Source: Candidatus Methylomirabilia bacterium
GTDB lineage: Bacteria > Methylomirabilota > Methylomirabilia > Rokubacteriales > CSP1-6
NCBI GenBank assembly: GCA_041497895.1
Contig: JBGQHJ010000066.1
Coordinates: forward strand, 1-25,463
Length of the DNA stretch: 25,463 nt
Reading direction: 5' to 3'
Shown here: piece by piece, positions 1-8,151 of the stretch
Position numbering within the stretch: the stretch's first letter is position 1
Layout: the number at the start of each line of letters is the position of its first letter
Translations under genes and position numbers: made by a program
The notes under the pieces: model-generated
Told to the model about the DNA's origin: nothing
The model's input: the letters and a program-made list of their open reading frames with translations, nothing else
Database searches by the model: none

Positions 1-37
1 ACGCGATCACCGCGAGGATGCGCAGGGCGAAGCTCAT
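1..37 (-). CDS. 5' fragment of a gene running off the window (MSFALRILAVIA...), possible signal peptide or membrane segment
   Basis: ATG (35-37) overlaps the TGA stop of the KARI gene (34-36) in an ATGA arrangement; hydrophobic N-terminus; only 12 codons visible. Confidence 0.6.
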   Translation of the reverse strand, partial: MSFALRILAVIA

Positions 38-1071
38 GCCGCACCTCCTGGGGCCGGGCCGGCCCCGTCGGGCGAGGCCAGGTGCCGGATGCGATCCTCC
101 GCCTCGCTCATCGGCGAGCCGCCGTGCATCATCGCCCGGGCAAACTCGAGCATCGGGTAGCCGTTGCTGGCCTCGTCCTGGAAGCGCCGGGCGAACCCCC
201 CGCTCCGGATGTCCTCGAGGACCCGGCGGAAGCGCTCCGACATCTCCTCGCGGTCCATCTCGAGCGAGCGGGTGATGCCGCCGAACACCGCGGTGGGCCC
301 GTGGTCCTCGGAGGCGCGGAAGAAGCCGGTCTCGCGGAACGCCTGGAAGACGGCCTCCATCTCGCCCGACATGTACATCTCGAGCACGAGCGCCTCCGCG
401 GGCACGCCCGCCTCGCGCGCGACCTCGAAGGCCATCATCATGGCCATGCCGAGCACCGCGCCCACCGACTGCTCGATGAACAGGTCGAGCGTGGCCTCCA
501 CCTTCGCGGTCATCTCCACCGCGCCCGCGCGCAGGACGCCGAGCCCGTCGGCCAGCCCCAGCATGCGCTGCTGCGCGCGGCCGCTCGCGTCGGCCTCCAC
601 GCCCACGCACGCCCAGAAGCCGTGGCCCTCGACATATCGCGCTCGCGCGGTGGTGCCGGCCATGCGCGGGGCCACCAGCAGCACGTCGATGCCAGCGGGT
701 GGGTGGATGAGGTCGAAGGCGAGGCTGTAGCCCGAGCCGAACGCGATCGCGCTGCCCGGCCGGAGCGCGGGGGCGATCGTCGCGTCGAAGACGGTGGGGA
801 TCACCTCGTCGGGCAGCAGCACGTAGACCACGTCGTCGGTGGCCGCGGTCGCGATCGGCAGTACCTCGAAGCCCTCGCGGCGCGCCTGCTCGGCGTACTC
901 GTCGTCGCGATTGCCGATGCGGACCTTCGCGCCGGAGTCGCGCAGGTTGAGCGCGGCGGTGCGGCCGAGGTTACCGTAGCCGAGCACCGCCACCGCCTCG
1001 CCGGCGAGCGCGCCGGGCGGCGCATCCGCCGCGCGATACACTCGGACCGGTGCCTGTCCCGGATTTGTCAT
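34..1071 (-). CDS. ilvC: Ketol-acid reductoisomerase family protein (short class I, divergent)
   Basis: 345 aa; VAVLGYGNLG Rossmann motif, ALNLRDSG, LLPDE, EATLDLFIEQ, IRSGGFA; several canonical residues substituted, so the family is secure but the function less so. Confidence 0.85.
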   Translation of the reverse strand: MTNPGQAPVRVYRAADAPPGALAGEAVAVLGYGNLGRTAALNLRDSGAKVRIGNRDDEYAEQARREGFEVLPIATAATDDVVYVLLPDEVIPTVFDATIAPALRPGSAIAFGSGYSLAFDLIHPPAGIDVLLVAPRMAGTTARARYVEGHGFWACVGVEADASGRAQQRMLGLADGLGVLRAGAVEMTAKVEATLDLFIEQSVGAVLGMAMMMAFEVAREAGVPAEALVLEMYMSGEMEAVFQAFRETGFFRASEDHGPTAVFGGITRSLEMDREEMSERFRRVLEDIRSGGFARRFQDEASNGYPMLEFARAMMHGGSPMSEAEDRIRHLASPDGAGPAPGGAA

Positions 1072-1077
1072 TGCGTG

Positions 1078-1083
1078 ATACTA
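1078..1083 (-). promoter_or_regulatory. Putative -10 element (TAGTAT) of the KARI gene
   Basis: TAGTAT 6 nt before the ATG in an AT-richer divergent intergenic region; no Shine-Dalgarno sequence. Confidence 0.5.
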
Positions 1084-1151
1084 ACCTATCTCGTGTGGGT
1101 TTGCTTCGAGTTCGGGCGCTCGCCGCGCCGGCATTGTAGCATTGGAGCGCC

Positions 1152-2378
1152 ATGTCCAGTCGACCGTCCGCGGTGACCTGCTGCGTGGCCGGCGGCGGCC
1201 CCGCCGGCATGATGCTGGGGCTCCTGCTCGCCCGCGCCGGCGTCCGGGTGCTGGTGCTCGAGAAGCACGCCGACTTCCTCCGCGACTTCCGGGGCGACAC
1301 CATCCACCCCTCCACGCTCGAGCTGATGCGCGAGCTGGGCCTGCTGGAGGAGCTCCTGCGCCTGCCCCACCAGGAGCTGCCCCGCCTGGTCGCCCAGGTC
1401 GGCGACACCGCGCTGCCCATCGCCGACTTCACGCATCTCCGGACCCATTGCAAGTTCATCGCCCTCATGCCGCAGTGGGATTTCCTCGATTTCCTCGCGC
1501 GGCACGCCGCCGGCTACGCCGCGTTTCGTCTCGAGATGCGGGCCGAGGCGACCGGGCTCGTCGAGGAGGCGGGGCGGGTGATCGGAGTGCGGGGGAGCGC
1601 GGCCACCGGCCCCTTCGAGGTGCGCGCCGACCTGGTGGTCGCCGCCGACGGGCGCTCCTCGATCCTCCGCGAGCGGGCCGGCCTGCACGTGGAGGACCTG
1701 GGCGCGCCCATGGACGTGCTGTGGTTCCGGCTCTCGCGCTCGCCGGGAGACCCCGCGGCCACCATGGGCCGCTTCGACGTGGGAAGGATCTTCGTGCTGA
1801 TCAACCGGGGGCGGCACTGGCAGTGCGGGTACGTCATCCCGAAGGACGAGGCCGGAGAGGTCCGTCGGCGCGGGCTCGAGGCCTTCCGCGCCTCGGTGGC
1901 CGCCCTCGTGCCGTTCGCGGCGGACCGGGTCGGCGAGATCCGCGACTGGGACGACGTCAAGCTCCTGACCGTGAAGGTGGACCGGCTGCGCCAGTGGTAC
2001 CGGCCGGGGCTGCTCTGCATCGGGGACGCGGCGCACGCGATGTCGCCGGTCGGCGGGGTCGGGATCAACCTGGCGATCCAGGACGCGGTGGCCGCCGCGA
2101 ACCGGCTCTGGATGCCGCTGCGCGAGGGCCGCCTCACCACCGAGCACCTGCGCCTGGTGCAGCGCCGGCGCGAGTGGCCGACGCGCGTGACCCAGTGGCT
2201 GCAGCTCCTGGCGCAGCGGCGGGTCATCTCGCCCACGCTCGGTCGGCAGAACGGCCCCCTCGCTCCGCCCCGGCTCCTCACCGTCCTCGGCCGTCATGGG
2301 TTGCTTGGCCGGCTGCCCGCGCGGCTGGTGGGGGTCGGGATTCGCCCCGAGCACGTCGAGGCCCCGGTCCTCGCATGA
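1152..2378 (+). CDS. FAD-dependent oxidoreductase/monooxygenase (UbiH/FAD_binding_3-like)
   Basis: 408 aa; GGGPAG dinucleotide motif, VVAADGRSS (DG motif), IGDAAHAMSPVGGVGINLAIQDA (GD motif); GGAG upstream of ATG. Confidence 0.92.
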   Translation: MSSRPSAVTCCVAGGGPAGMMLGLLLARAGVRVLVLEKHADFLRDFRGDTIHPSTLELMRELGLLEELLRLPHQELPRLVAQVGDTALPIADFTHLRTHCKFIALMPQWDFLDFLARHAAGYAAFRLEMRAEATGLVEEAGRVIGVRGSAATGPFEVRADLVVAADGRSSILRERAGLHVEDLGAPMDVLWFRLSRSPGDPAATMGRFDVGRIFVLINRGRHWQCGYVIPKDEAGEVRRRGLEAFRASVAALVPFAADRVGEIRDWDDVKLLTVKVDRLRQWYRPGLLCIGDAAHAMSPVGGVGINLAIQDAVAAANRLWMPLREGRLTTEHLRLVQRRREWPTRVTQWLQLLAQRRVISPTLGRQNGPLAPPRLLTVLGRHGLLGRLPARLVGVGIRPEHVEAPVLA

Positions 2379-5300
2379 GCCTCTGCCCGCGCTGCGCGCA
2401 CGCGGCCCCCGACGGCGCGCGCTTCTGCCCCGCCTGCGGCGGTCGCCTCGGCGCTCCCGACGCGGGGCGCTTCGCCTCCCCGGGCGCGTACACGCCGCCG
2501 CACCTGGCCCAGCGCATCCTGGACGCGCGGGCGGCGGTCGAGGGCGAGCGCAAGCAGGTCACGGTGCTTTTCGCCGACATCCACGGCCTCGTCGACGTGA
2601 TGGGCGATCGCGATCCCGAGGAGATCGGGCCGATCCTCGACCGGGTCCGCGAGCTGATGATGGAGGCGGTGCACCGCTACGAGGGCACCGTGAACCAGGT
2701 GGTGGGCGACGGGATCATGGCCCTCTTCGGGGCGCCGCTGGCCAACGAGGACCACGCGGTGCGCGCCTGCTACGCGGCGCTGCGGATGCAGGCGCAGGTG
2801 ACCGCCTACGGGGACGAGGTGCAGCGCTCGCTGGGCTTGCCGCTGCTGGTCCGGATCGGTCTCAACTCCGGCGAGGTGGTGGCGCGCTCCATCGGCCACG
2901 ACCTGTCCTTCACCTACACCGCGGTGGGACAGACCGTGCACCTGGCCGCGCGCATGGAGCAGATGGCCAAGCCCGGCACCATCCTGGCCACCGACCACAC
3001 GATGGCGCTCGTCCGCGGCCGCGTGGCCGCGCGGCCGCTCGGGCCGGTGCCGGTGCGGGGGCTGCAGGCCCCGGTCGAGGTGCACGAGATCAGCGGGGCG
3101 GTGCCGATCCGCTCGCGCCTGGACGCGGGCTCCCCCGCGCGCCCGCGCTCGCCGCTCCTGGGACGAGAGGTCGAGATCGCCCGGCTCGACGCCGCGCTCG
3201 AGGCGATGCTGGCCGGCCGCGGTCAGGTCGTCTCCATCGTCGGCGAGGCGGGTGTCGGCAAGTCGCGCCTCTGCCTCGAGTTCGCCCGGCGCTGCCGGGA
3301 GCGGGGCTGCCTCGTGATCGAGGCGCCCGCCGTCTCCTACGGGCGGGCCGCCGGCTACCGCCCCGGGGTGGAGCTGCACCGCCGCTACTTCCAGGTCGAG
3401 AGCGGCGACGACCCGGCGACGGTCCGCGACAAGGTGGCGGCCCGCCTGCGCGATCTCGATCCCGAGCTCGAGGAGGGCGTGCCCGCGATCCTGTGGGTGC
3501 TGGGCGTGGCGCAGGACGGCGGCGGCGTCGGCGCCATGGATCCCGCCGTCCGGCGGCGCTACGTCATGCGCGCGGTCCACCGCCTGGTGGCGCAGCAGGG
3601 CCGCCGCCAGCCCTTCGTCATGATCCTCGAGGACATGCAGTGGGTGGACTCGGAGACGCACGCGGCCATGAGCGCGGTCGTCGAGGGCCTGCCGCCCCAT
3701 GTCCTGATCGCCTGCACCTATCGCCCCGAGTACACGGACCCCTGGAGCGCGCACCCGAGCTCCACCCAGGTGCGCGTGGAGGCGCTCGAGGCCCCGGCCA
3801 CCGCGGCGCTGCTGGACACCCTGCTCGGCGTCGATCCCGCCCTCGCCCCGCTCAAGCGGCTGGTGGCGGAGCGCGCGAGCGGCAACCCGCTCTTCCTCGA
3901 GGAGTGCGTGGCCAGCCTGGTCGAGACCGGCGCGCTCGAGGGCGAGCCCGGGGTCTACCGCTTCACGCGCCCCACGCTGGCCCTCGAGGTGCCGCCCACC
4001 GTGCGGGCCACCATCGCCTCCCGCATCGACCGGCTCCGCTACGAGGACAAGCGGCTGCTCCAGGCCGCCTCGGTGATCGGCGACGAGGTGCCGGTGCGCC
4101 TGCTCGAGGCGGTCGCCGACGTGCCGGTGGAGGAGGTGCGGCGCGGGCTCGACCAGCTCCGGGCCGCCGGCCTCCTCGACGAGCGCGCGCTCTTCCCCGA
4201 TCTCGTCCACGGCTTCTGCCACGCCCTGGTCCACGACGTGGCCTACGAGAGCCTGCTGCACGATCGGCGGCGGAGCCTGCACGCCCGCATCCTCGAGGCC
4301 ATCGAGCAGCTCTACCCGGCGCGGCTCGCCGAGCAGACCGAGCGCCTCGCCCACCACGCGTTCCTCGGCGAGGTGTGGGACCGCGCGGTGGGCTACTGCC
4401 GCGAGGCCGGGGTCCGGACGCTGGCGCGCATGGCGAGCTGGGAGAGCGTGTCCTTCTTCGAGCGGGCCCTGGCCGCGCTCGCCCACCGGCCGGTCGACGC
4501 CGGGCTGGGCGTCGATCTCCGCTTCGATCTCCACAACGCGCTGGTCCCGCTCGGCCAGCACGCGCGCAGCGTGGCGGTGCTGCGCGAGGCGGCCGCGCTC
4601 GCGGGAAGCCTCGGCGACCAGCCGCGGCTGGCCCGCGCGCTCTCGTTCGAGAGCAACGTGCACTGGGAGATGGGAGCCTCCGACGAGGCCGCGCGGGTGG
4701 GGGAGCGGGCGCTCGCCATCGCGGAGGCGACGCGGGACATCGGGCTGCAGGTCGTCGGCCAGTACAACGTGGGGGCCGGCCGGCGGGCGCTCGGCGATTA
4801 CCCCCAGGCGCTCGTGTTTCTGCGGCGCGACCTCGCGCTGCTTCCCCCGGACGCGAGCGACGAGCGGTTCGGCCTGCCCGGCATCGCGGCGGTGCTCACC
4901 CGCGCCCAGCTCGCCTGGACGCTCGCCGAGCTCGGCCAGTTCGACGAGGCGGTGGCGGCCGCCGAGGAGGCGCTGCGGATCGCGGAGGCGCGCCGCGACA
5001 CCTACAGCACCACCTACGCGCTGCTGGGCCTGGGCGGCACGCTCATCCGCCGCGGCCAGCTGTGGGAGGCCAAGGGCCTGCTCGAGCGCGGCATCGCGCT
5101 GTGCGGGGACATGCCCGCGTTCTACCCGCCGTTCGCGGGGGACCTCGCGCTCCTCTACGCGCTGACCGGCCGGACCGCGGAGGCGCTCGAGCTGGCCGAC
5201 CGCGGGGTGCGGCAGGCCCAGAGCATGCAGCGGCTCGGGCGCCTCTCGCTGATCATGACCCACCTGGGCGAGGCGCGCCTGCTCGCGGGCCAGCCCGCGG

Positions 5301-5668
5301 CCGCGGCGGCCGACGCCCGGCGGGCGCTCGAGCTGGCCCACGCGCACCGCGAGCGCGGCAACGTGGTCTACGCGGAGCGCCTGCTCGGCCTGGCCGCCGG
5401 CGCGGCGAATCCGCCCGACGTCGAGGGGGCCCGCGGCCACTTCGCGCGGGCGCTCGCGCTCGCGGGAGAGCTCGGCATGCGCCCGCTGGCCGCGCGCTGC
5501 CACCTGGGGCTCGGCCGGCTCGCGCAGCAGGCGGGCGACGTCTCCTCGGCCCTCAAGCACCTGGCCGCCGCGCGCGAGGGCTTCCGGGCGATGCGGATGC
5601 CCTTCTGGCTGGAGCGGCTCGGCCTCGAGCCGGGCGGCTCCGCCGTCGCGGGCCGGCCCGAGGTCTGA
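2375..5668 (+). CDS. Zinc-ribbon + class III adenylate/guanylate cyclase + AAA (STAND-like) ATPase + TPR protein
   Basis: Start MSLCPRC overlaps the upstream stop (ATGA); CPRC...FCPACG ribbon; VTVLFADI and GDGIMALFG cyclase motifs; Walker A GEAGVGKS; Walker B MILEDMQW; SGNPLFLEE; helical TPR-like C-terminus; 1097 aa. Confidence 0.92.
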   Translation: MSLCPRCAHAAPDGARFCPACGGRLGAPDAGRFASPGAYTPPHLAQRILDARAAVEGERKQVTVLFADIHGLVDVMGDRDPEEIGPILDRVRELMMEAVHRYEGTVNQVVGDGIMALFGAPLANEDHAVRACYAALRMQAQVTAYGDEVQRSLGLPLLVRIGLNSGEVVARSIGHDLSFTYTAVGQTVHLAARMEQMAKPGTILATDHTMALVRGRVAARPLGPVPVRGLQAPVEVHEISGAVPIRSRLDAGSPARPRSPLLGREVEIARLDAALEAMLAGRGQVVSIVGEAGVGKSRLCLEFARRCRERGCLVIEAPAVSYGRAAGYRPGVELHRRYFQVESGDDPATVRDKVAARLRDLDPELEEGVPAILWVLGVAQDGGGVGAMDPAVRRRYVMRAVHRLVAQQGRRQPFVMILEDMQWVDSETHAAMSAVVEGLPPHVLIACTYRPEYTDPWSAHPSSTQVRVEALEAPATAALLDTLLGVDPALAPLKRLVAERASGNPLFLEECVASLVETGALEGEPGVYRFTRPTLALEVPPTVRATIASRIDRLRYEDKRLLQAASVIGDEVPVRLLEAVADVPVEEVRRGLDQLRAAGLLDERALFPDLVHGFCHALVHDVAYESLLHDRRRSLHARILEAIEQLYPARLAEQTERLAHHAFLGEVWDRAVGYCREAGVRTLARMASWESVSFFERALAALAHRPVDAGLGVDLRFDLHNALVPLGQHARSVAVLREAAALAGSLGDQPRLARALSFESNVHWEMGASDEAARVGERALAIAEATRDIGLQVVGQYNVGAGRRALGDYPQALVFLRRDLALLPPDASDERFGLPGIAAVLTRAQLAWTLAELGQFDEAVAAAEEALRIAEARRDTYSTTYALLGLGGTLIRRGQLWEAKGLLERGIALCGDMPAFYPPFAGDLALLYALTGRTAEALELADRGVRQAQSMQRLGRLSLIMTHLGEARLLAGQPAAAAADARRALELAHAHRERGNVVYAERLLGLAAGAANPPDVEGARGHFARALALAGELGMRPLAARCHLGLGRLAQQAGDVSSALKHLAAAREGFRAMRMPFWLERLGLEPGGSAVAGRPEV

Positions 5669-5676
5669 CCGTCAGG

Positions 5677-6051
5677 TCAGGTCTCGAGCACCCACTGCAC
5701 CAGGGTGCGGAGGTCGTCCACCGAGAAGGGCTTGGTCAGCACCGGGTCGCCGGTCTGGGCCAGGAACGGCACGAAGGCGTCGGCCTCCGAGTGGCCGGTG
5801 ACGAAGATCACGCGGGGGAGCGCCTGCCCGTAGCGCTCGCGCAGGGCCTCGTGCAGGCCCGGGCCGTCGAGGTTCGGCATTTGCAGGTCGCTGATGATCA
5901 GGTCGTACTCGCGCTGCTCGATGCGGTAGAGCGCCTCGACGCCGTCGCGTGCGGTGTCCACCTCGTGGTCGTCGAGCAGCAGGATGTGGGCGATCAGCTC
6001 GCGGAGGCTGGTCTCGTCCTCGACGACCAGGATGGTCCTCGCCCGGGTCAC
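5677..6051 (-). CDS. Stand-alone response regulator receiver (CheY-like)
   Basis: 124 aa, GTG start; ILVVEDE, DLIISDLQMPNLDG (phospho-Asp), FVTG, LTKPF. Confidence 0.92.
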   Translation of the reverse strand: MTRARTILVVEDETSLRELIAHILLLDDHEVDTARDGVEALYRIEQREYDLIISDLQMPNLDGPGLHEALRERYGQALPRVIFVTGHSEADAFVPFLAQTGDPVLTKPFSVDDLRTLVQWVLET

Positions 6052-6419
6052 GGCTGGAGCACTCGCCCCACCAGCTCGAGGACGCGGCCCGGCCTGAGCG
6101 GCTTGATGAGCACCGGCGCGCGCAGGTCGGCGAGGAAGCCGCCGTAGTGCGGATCGAACGTGTGGCTGGTCAGGAACACGACCGGCGGGAGCCGCTCGCC
6201 GAAGCGCTCGCCCAGGGCCGCGAGCAGGCGGGGCCCGTCGAGGTCCGGGGTGCGAAGATCCGCGATGACGAGATCGTAGCGGCGCTGGTCCAGGATGAGC
6301 AGCGCGGACTCCGCGTCGCCCGCGCCGTCCACCTCGTGGCCCTCGAGGCTCAGCACGTCGATCAGCGTCTGCCGCACCGCGCTGTCGGTGTCCACCACCA
6401 GGATCAGGCGACGGTCCAT
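6048..6419 (-). CDS. Stand-alone response regulator receiver (CheY-like)
   Basis: Start MDRRLILVVDTD overlaps the upstream stop (TGATG); DLVIADLRTPDLDG, FLTS, LIKPL; 123 aa; visibly similar to the neighbouring receiver. Confidence 0.88.
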   Translation of the reverse strand: MDRRLILVVDTDSAVRQTLIDVLSLEGHEVDGAGDAESALLILDQRRYDLVIADLRTPDLDGPRLLAALGERFGERLPPVVFLTSHTFDPHYGGFLADLRAPVLIKPLRPGRVLELVGRVLQP

Positions 6420-7162
6420 CAGTGGCGCGAGCGACGGCAGCCGTCCTGGCGGGCCTCGTCCTCCGTGGCGTAGCACCGGTCGGTGCGGCTCTCCGCGTAG
6501 GTGGCGGTGCCGGGCGGGTAGTAGATGCAGCGCTCGCTCGAGTAGGTGCGGAAGTCGCCCTTGATCGGATGGCCGAGCGGGCAGGTCCATCCGTTGGTCG
6601 GCCGCACGCCGGGCCGGCCCTGGGTGGGGCGTGGCTCCGGCGCGGCCGGTCCGCTCCGGGGGGGCGGCGGGGTCGGCCCCGCGGTCTTCCAGATGCCGAG
6701 CCGTGCGGTGCGGGCCTCCTGCTGACGGCGCAGCAGCATCTCCTGGTAGCGCACGTTGGGGCCTCCGCCCACGACCTGACCGTAGCCGCGGCCGACGATC
6801 TCCGCGTTGACCATCACGTCACCCAGCCACACGTAGGCCAGGAGGCGCCCCTCGGGGTCGCGCTCCTGGGCGTCCAGCTCGAGCCGGACGTTCTTGGCGC
6901 TCACCAGCCCGCGGTTGAACCGCAGCGCCTCGCTGCCCTGCGGCTCGCCGGCCTGGTCGCCCTCGCCCGGCTCGGGGGCGATCACGCCGATGTAGCGCAC
7001 GCCCTCGACCTCGCCGTTGACGAAGACGTGAATGGTGTCACCGCTCAGCACCTTCACCACCGCGGCGGGCAGGCTGCGGCCGCGGCCCGGCTCCTGGCTC
7101 CAGGCGGGCGCGAGCCCGAGCGCCAGCGCCGCGAGCACCGCGAGCCGGATCGCCCACCGCAC
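6419..7162 (-). CDS. Exported thermonuclease (SNase) family protein with Pro-rich linker and Cys-containing C-terminal domain
   Basis: GTG start overlapping the upstream TAG; signal peptide RWAIRLAVLAALALGLAPAWS; SGDTI, VRYIGVIAPE, RDPEGRLLAYVW, VNAEIVGRGYG, ARLGIW; 247 aa. Confidence 0.85.
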   Translation of the reverse strand: MRWAIRLAVLAALALGLAPAWSQEPGRGRSLPAAVVKVLSGDTIHVFVNGEVEGVRYIGVIAPEPGEGDQAGEPQGSEALRFNRGLVSAKNVRLELDAQERDPEGRLLAYVWLGDVMVNAEIVGRGYGQVVGGGPNVRYQEMLLRRQQEARTARLGIWKTAGPTPPPPRSGPAAPEPRPTQGRPGVRPTNGWTCPLGHPIKGDFRTYSSERCIYYPPGTATYAESRTDRCYATEDEARQDGCRRSRH

Positions 7163-7410
7163 TACTTCCGGCCTTCGCTCAGGGCGCGCTCCAGGGCCTC
7201 GCGGCGCAGCCGCTCGGCCGCGAGCTGATCGGTCAGCGCCTTGACCTGCGCCTCCAGCCGCGCGAGCTCCTCGGTCTGCTGCGCGCGCAGCGCGGCCTGC
7301 TCCTGCCCGCTCTTCTGCCGCCAGATCAGGTCCGCGGCGAAGCCGCCGCCGACCAGCCCGAGCACGATCCACACCGCGACACGCTTGACGAGAGCCTTTC
7401 GGAGGTCCAT
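7162..7410 (-). CDS. Small hypothetical protein: one N-terminal TM helix plus coiled coil
   Basis: 82 aa; VAVWIVLGLVGGGFAA hydrophobic segment then heptad-like EQ/AL-rich tail; fills the gap between flanking genes. Confidence 0.75.
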   Translation of the reverse strand: MDLRKALVKRVAVWIVLGLVGGGFAADLIWRQKSGQEQAALRAQQTEELARLEAQVKALTDQLAAERLRREALERALSEGRK

Positions 7411-7437
7411 GGCGAGCCTTTCGTCGAGTCGAGGGGG

Positions 7438-8106
7438 TCAGTCCACGAGGGCGATCGCGCGGACGGGCGAGCCGTCCGCGCCGCTCACCCGGAGGGGCAG
7501 GGCGATGAAGCGGCAGCGCGGAACGCCGATCCGGTGGAGATTCGTCAGGTACTCGACCACCGTGATGCCCCGGGGAAAGAACACGTGATGCGTGGTGCAC
7601 TCTTCGCGCGCGATCTTCGTATCAGGGGAGAAGATGGACGTGCGGATGCAGTAGTCGGGCGGGTAGTCGTAGCCCACGGCCTTCACCCCGCGGGCCACCA
7701 GCCAGTCGCACGCGGAGCGCCCGGTGTAGGGCGCGTCCTTCCAGAACCGCTCGCTCTCCACGCTCGTCCGGGCCGGCCAGTCGGTGCGGAGGAGCACGAT
7801 GTCGCCCGCCCGCACGTGGCCCGCGCGTCGGTCGAGATCGGCGGCGGTCACCTCCGCGTTCTCGCCCAGGTGGGTGAGATCCACCACCGCGGCCTCGCCC
7901 ATCCACTGGTCCACCGGCATGGAGGCGATGTCGCGGTCTCCGGGGAGGAAGTGCACCGGCGCGTCCACGTGGGTGTAGGCGTGGCAGCTCACGGTGAGCA
8001 CGGTCGACTGGAAGTTCTGGCCCGCCTCGTGGGTCGAGCGGCGCTCGCTCGCCACCGTCCAGCGAAAGTGCGGCCCGATCGGGAAGCTCAGGTCGATGAC
8101 GCGCAT
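7438..8106 (-). CDS. Cyclase-family (kynurenine formamidase-like) metal-dependent hydrolase
   Basis: MRVIDLS start; HAYTHVDAPVH (variant of HxGTHxDxPxH), GDIVLLRT, VVEYL, GADGSPVRAIA; 222 aa. Confidence 0.9.
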   Translation of the reverse strand: MRVIDLSFPIGPHFRWTVASERRSTHEAGQNFQSTVLTVSCHAYTHVDAPVHFLPGDRDIASMPVDQWMGEAAVVDLTHLGENAEVTAADLDRRAGHVRAGDIVLLRTDWPARTSVESERFWKDAPYTGRSACDWLVARGVKAVGYDYPPDYCIRTSIFSPDTKIAREECTTHHVFFPRGITVVEYLTNLHRIGVPRCRFIALPLRVSGADGSPVRAIALVD

Positions 8107-8114
8107 CGCGGTCC

Positions 8115-8145
8115 ATGGTGTACCCGGGCCGGCGCAACTTGTCAA
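8115..8145 (-). promoter_or_regulatory. Putative sigma70 promoter of the cyclase-family gene
   Basis: Perfect TTGACA (8145-8140), then 17 nt, then TACACCAT ending 8 nt before the ATG; the -10 is imperfect. Confidence 0.5.
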
Positions 8146-8151
8146 TGTTGG

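Noticed and set aside
1142..2374. N-terminal extension making the cyclase ORF 1508 aa
   Set aside because: Overlaps the FAD oxidoreductase in another frame and is low complexity; the ATGA overlap at 2375 gives a natural start at the zinc ribbon
5665..5680. CTGACC-GTCA-GGTCAG hairpin between convergent genes
   Set aside because: Only 6 bp, partly formed by the two stop codons, with no U-tract
2375..7162. STAND-like ATPase plus nuclease as an anti-phage (Avs or Pycsar-like) system
   Set aside because: The genes are on opposite strands, the nuclease has a signal peptide, there is no island or mobility context, and the cyclase-AAA-TPR architecture is a widespread signalling family
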